Positions 26,160-27,476 of a stretch of DNA of 27,476 nt are shown here, one piece after another. The notes under the pieces are model-generated. The model ran no database searches and was not told the origin of the DNA. It saw only the letters and a program-made list of their open reading frames with translations. Both the position numbers and the translations under genes were made by a program. Source of the stretch: a virus (Duplodnaviria; Heunggongvirae; Uroviricota; Caudoviricetes); the IMG/VR virus record IMGVR_UViG_3300028962_000002; one strand, given 5' to 3'. The stretch's first letter is position 1; each line of letters starts with the position of its first letter.

Positions 26160-26315
26160 ATGGATACTATCGATCTTGGCAACAACGAATCTCTGGTGTA
26201 CGGCGTGTTTCCAAACCAGGACGGCACGTTCACCGCAATGACGTATACCAAAAGCAAAACGTTTAAAACCGAAAATGGTGCCCGTCGCTGGCTGGAAAGA
26301 AACTCAGGTGAGTGA
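26160..26315 (+). CDS. ydfA: Small protein YdfA-like (DUF1391-like), 51 aa
   Basis: GAGG RBS; MDTIDLGNNESLVYGVFPNQDGTFTAMTYTKSKTFKTENGARRWLERNSGE; first gene after the repressor, as in the Qin dicA-ydfABC-dicF-dicB operon. Confidence 0.65.
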   Translation: MDTIDLGNNESLVYGVFPNQDGTFTAMTYTKSKTFKTENGARRWLERNSGE

Positions 26316-26316
26316 T

Positions 26317-26892
26317 ATGGATTTCGACACAATCATGGAAAAGGCTTACGAAGAATACTTCGAAGGCCTTGCCGAAGGCGAAGAAGCTCTCAGCTTCAGT
26401 GAGTTTAAACAGGCACTCAGAATAAGAATGCGCTCTCACAATGACGCGGAGCACAAATATGAGAAGCAAAATCAGACCGCAGAAAATTTTGTTCTGGAAC
26501 CCGGAGAAACGCTTTTCAAAATTCCCGTTACGTGCCCCATTTGCGGTTTTACATCAGAAGAACTTGACGACTCCTGTAACAATCAGGAAACAACCAAGTA
26601 TGTCGAAGATGATACCGAGTGCGCACGAAGAACGATTATATCCACGAGTCCAAACTCCAGGACCAATAAATCTCACTTTGAGAGGGTGATTAATCCACTC
26701 CCCCAAACCAATAAAAAAGATGCCGGAGGACAAAAAAACCAATGGAACAACGGGATATCTGTCAAAAAAAGACGTTCCATTAAAGACAAACAACGCAGCG
26801 CCAACAACTGTAAGCGCTTTATACCAGTAATCAATTTTCATGTTCTTAAGCGGATTTATTGGTGGTTGCGACATTGCTTAATGAATCCTTAA
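26317..26892 (+). CDS. Hypothetical 191-aa protein (ydfB/ydfC-like position), basic low-complexity C-terminus
   Basis: ATG 2 nt after the ydfA stop with AGGTGA RBS (MDFDTIMEKAYEEYFEGLAEGEE...); contains CPICGF; an antisense membrane-like ORF overlaps it, so the gene model is ambiguous. Confidence 0.45.
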   Translation: MDFDTIMEKAYEEYFEGLAEGEEALSFSEFKQALRIRMRSHNDAEHKYEKQNQTAENFVLEPGETLFKIPVTCPICGFTSEELDDSCNNQETTKYVEDDTECARRTIISTSPNSRTNKSHFERVINPLPQTNKKDAGGQKNQWNNGISVKKRRSIKDKQRSANNCKRFIPVINFHVLKRIYWWLRHCLMNP

Positions 26893-27151
26893 AACTGTGG
26901 TGATTTTAAGGATACCACCTCGCCTGACGTGGTTAAAAGCAGGCACACAACACGAAAGCGCACGGCGAAGTTCGTCTCACTGTACGGTGTCGTCAAATTT
27001 AATTCGACCGTGCGCTTCCGGTTGTGGCAACCCGCGAAATGGCGCGGCGGTAAGTATGGCGGGGTTATTCCTTCCCCGTTGAGGACACCGAGTTGTCAGG
27101 TTGACCATACGCTTAAGCGACAACCCCGCTGCAACGCCCTCTGTTATCAAT

Positions 27152-27209
27152 TTTCTGGTGACGTTTGGCGGTATCAGTTTTACTCCGTGACTGCTCTGCC
27201 GCCGTTTTT
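27152..27209 (+). ncRNA. dicF: DicF small RNA (53-nt core plus U-tail)
   Basis: tttctggtgacgtttggcggtatcagttttactccgtgactgctctgccgcc followed by gttttt, matching the E. coli DicF sequence as recalled; ends in a hairpin plus U-run. Confidence 0.88.
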
Positions 27210-27378
27210 AAAGTGAATTTTGTGATGCGGTGAATGCGGCTAAGCGCACGCGGAACAGTTAAAACCAAAAACAGTGTTATGGGTGGATTCTCTGTATCCG
27301 GCGTTAATTGTTAACTGGTTAACGTCACCTGGAGGCACCAGGCACTGCATCACAAAATTCATTGTTGAGGACGCGATA

Positions 27379-27476
27379 ATGAAAACGTTATTACCAAACG
27401 TTAAGGAAGGTGCGAATAAGCGGGGAAATTCTTCTCGGCTGACTCAGTCATTTCATTTCTTCATGTTTGAGCCGAT
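27379..27476 (+). CDS. dicB-like ORF start (cell division inhibitor position); continues past the window end
   Basis: ATG about 175 nt after DicF; first 8 residues MKTLLPNV match DicB as recalled, the remainder diverges; truncated by the window. Confidence 0.4.
   Translation, partial: MKTLLPNVKEGANKRGNSSRLTQSFHFFMFEP

Noticed and set aside
26929-27216. 95-aa plus-strand ORF (and 26897-27082)
   Set aside because: Runs through the DicF sRNA and its terminator; the interval before dicF is non-coding in the Qin arrangement as recalled; no RBS.
1-27476. CRISPR array, integrase, att site or insertion sequence
   Set aside because: No regularly spaced direct repeats, no tyrosine recombinase or transposase-like ORF, and no terminal inverted repeats seen; the window appears internal to the prophage.

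Overview
This window is an internal segment of a lambdoid prophage of the E. coli / Enterobacteriaceae type, drawn in reverse orientation to the lambda map; all protein and site identifications are from reading the translations and sequence by eye against remembered reference sequences, with no database search run. Reading from high to low coordinates on the minus strand: a Qin-like immunity region (dicA-like repressor divergent from a dicC-like Cro, operator palindromes between them; plus-strand ydfA, ydfB/C-like, DicF sRNA, dicB-like start), a replication module (YdaT-like, O-like initiator with 5 iterons inside the gene), RusA, a DUF968 protein, a Q-like antiterminator with a candidate late promoter and terminator, a P21-type lysis cassette (pinholin, SAR endolysin, Rz/Rz1), a lambda cos site (cosN 12-nt end, cosB repeats), and lambda-like head and tail genes in canonical order (Nu1, A, W, B, C/Nu3, D, E, FI, FII, Z, U, V, G, G-T frameshift, start of H). 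Accessory cargo interrupts this backbone: an intact mok/hok toxin; a low-GC opposite-strand 595-aa ORF with a C-terminal Rx4H (HEPN-like) motif sitting where Qin carries relBE; an unrecognised 297-aa ORF translationally coupled between holin and endolysin; a TonB-C-domain lipoprotein after Rz; and an AT-rich moron between the late promoter and lysis genes. The 595-aa ORF and the 297-aa lysis-cassette insert are the best candidates for undescribed function.
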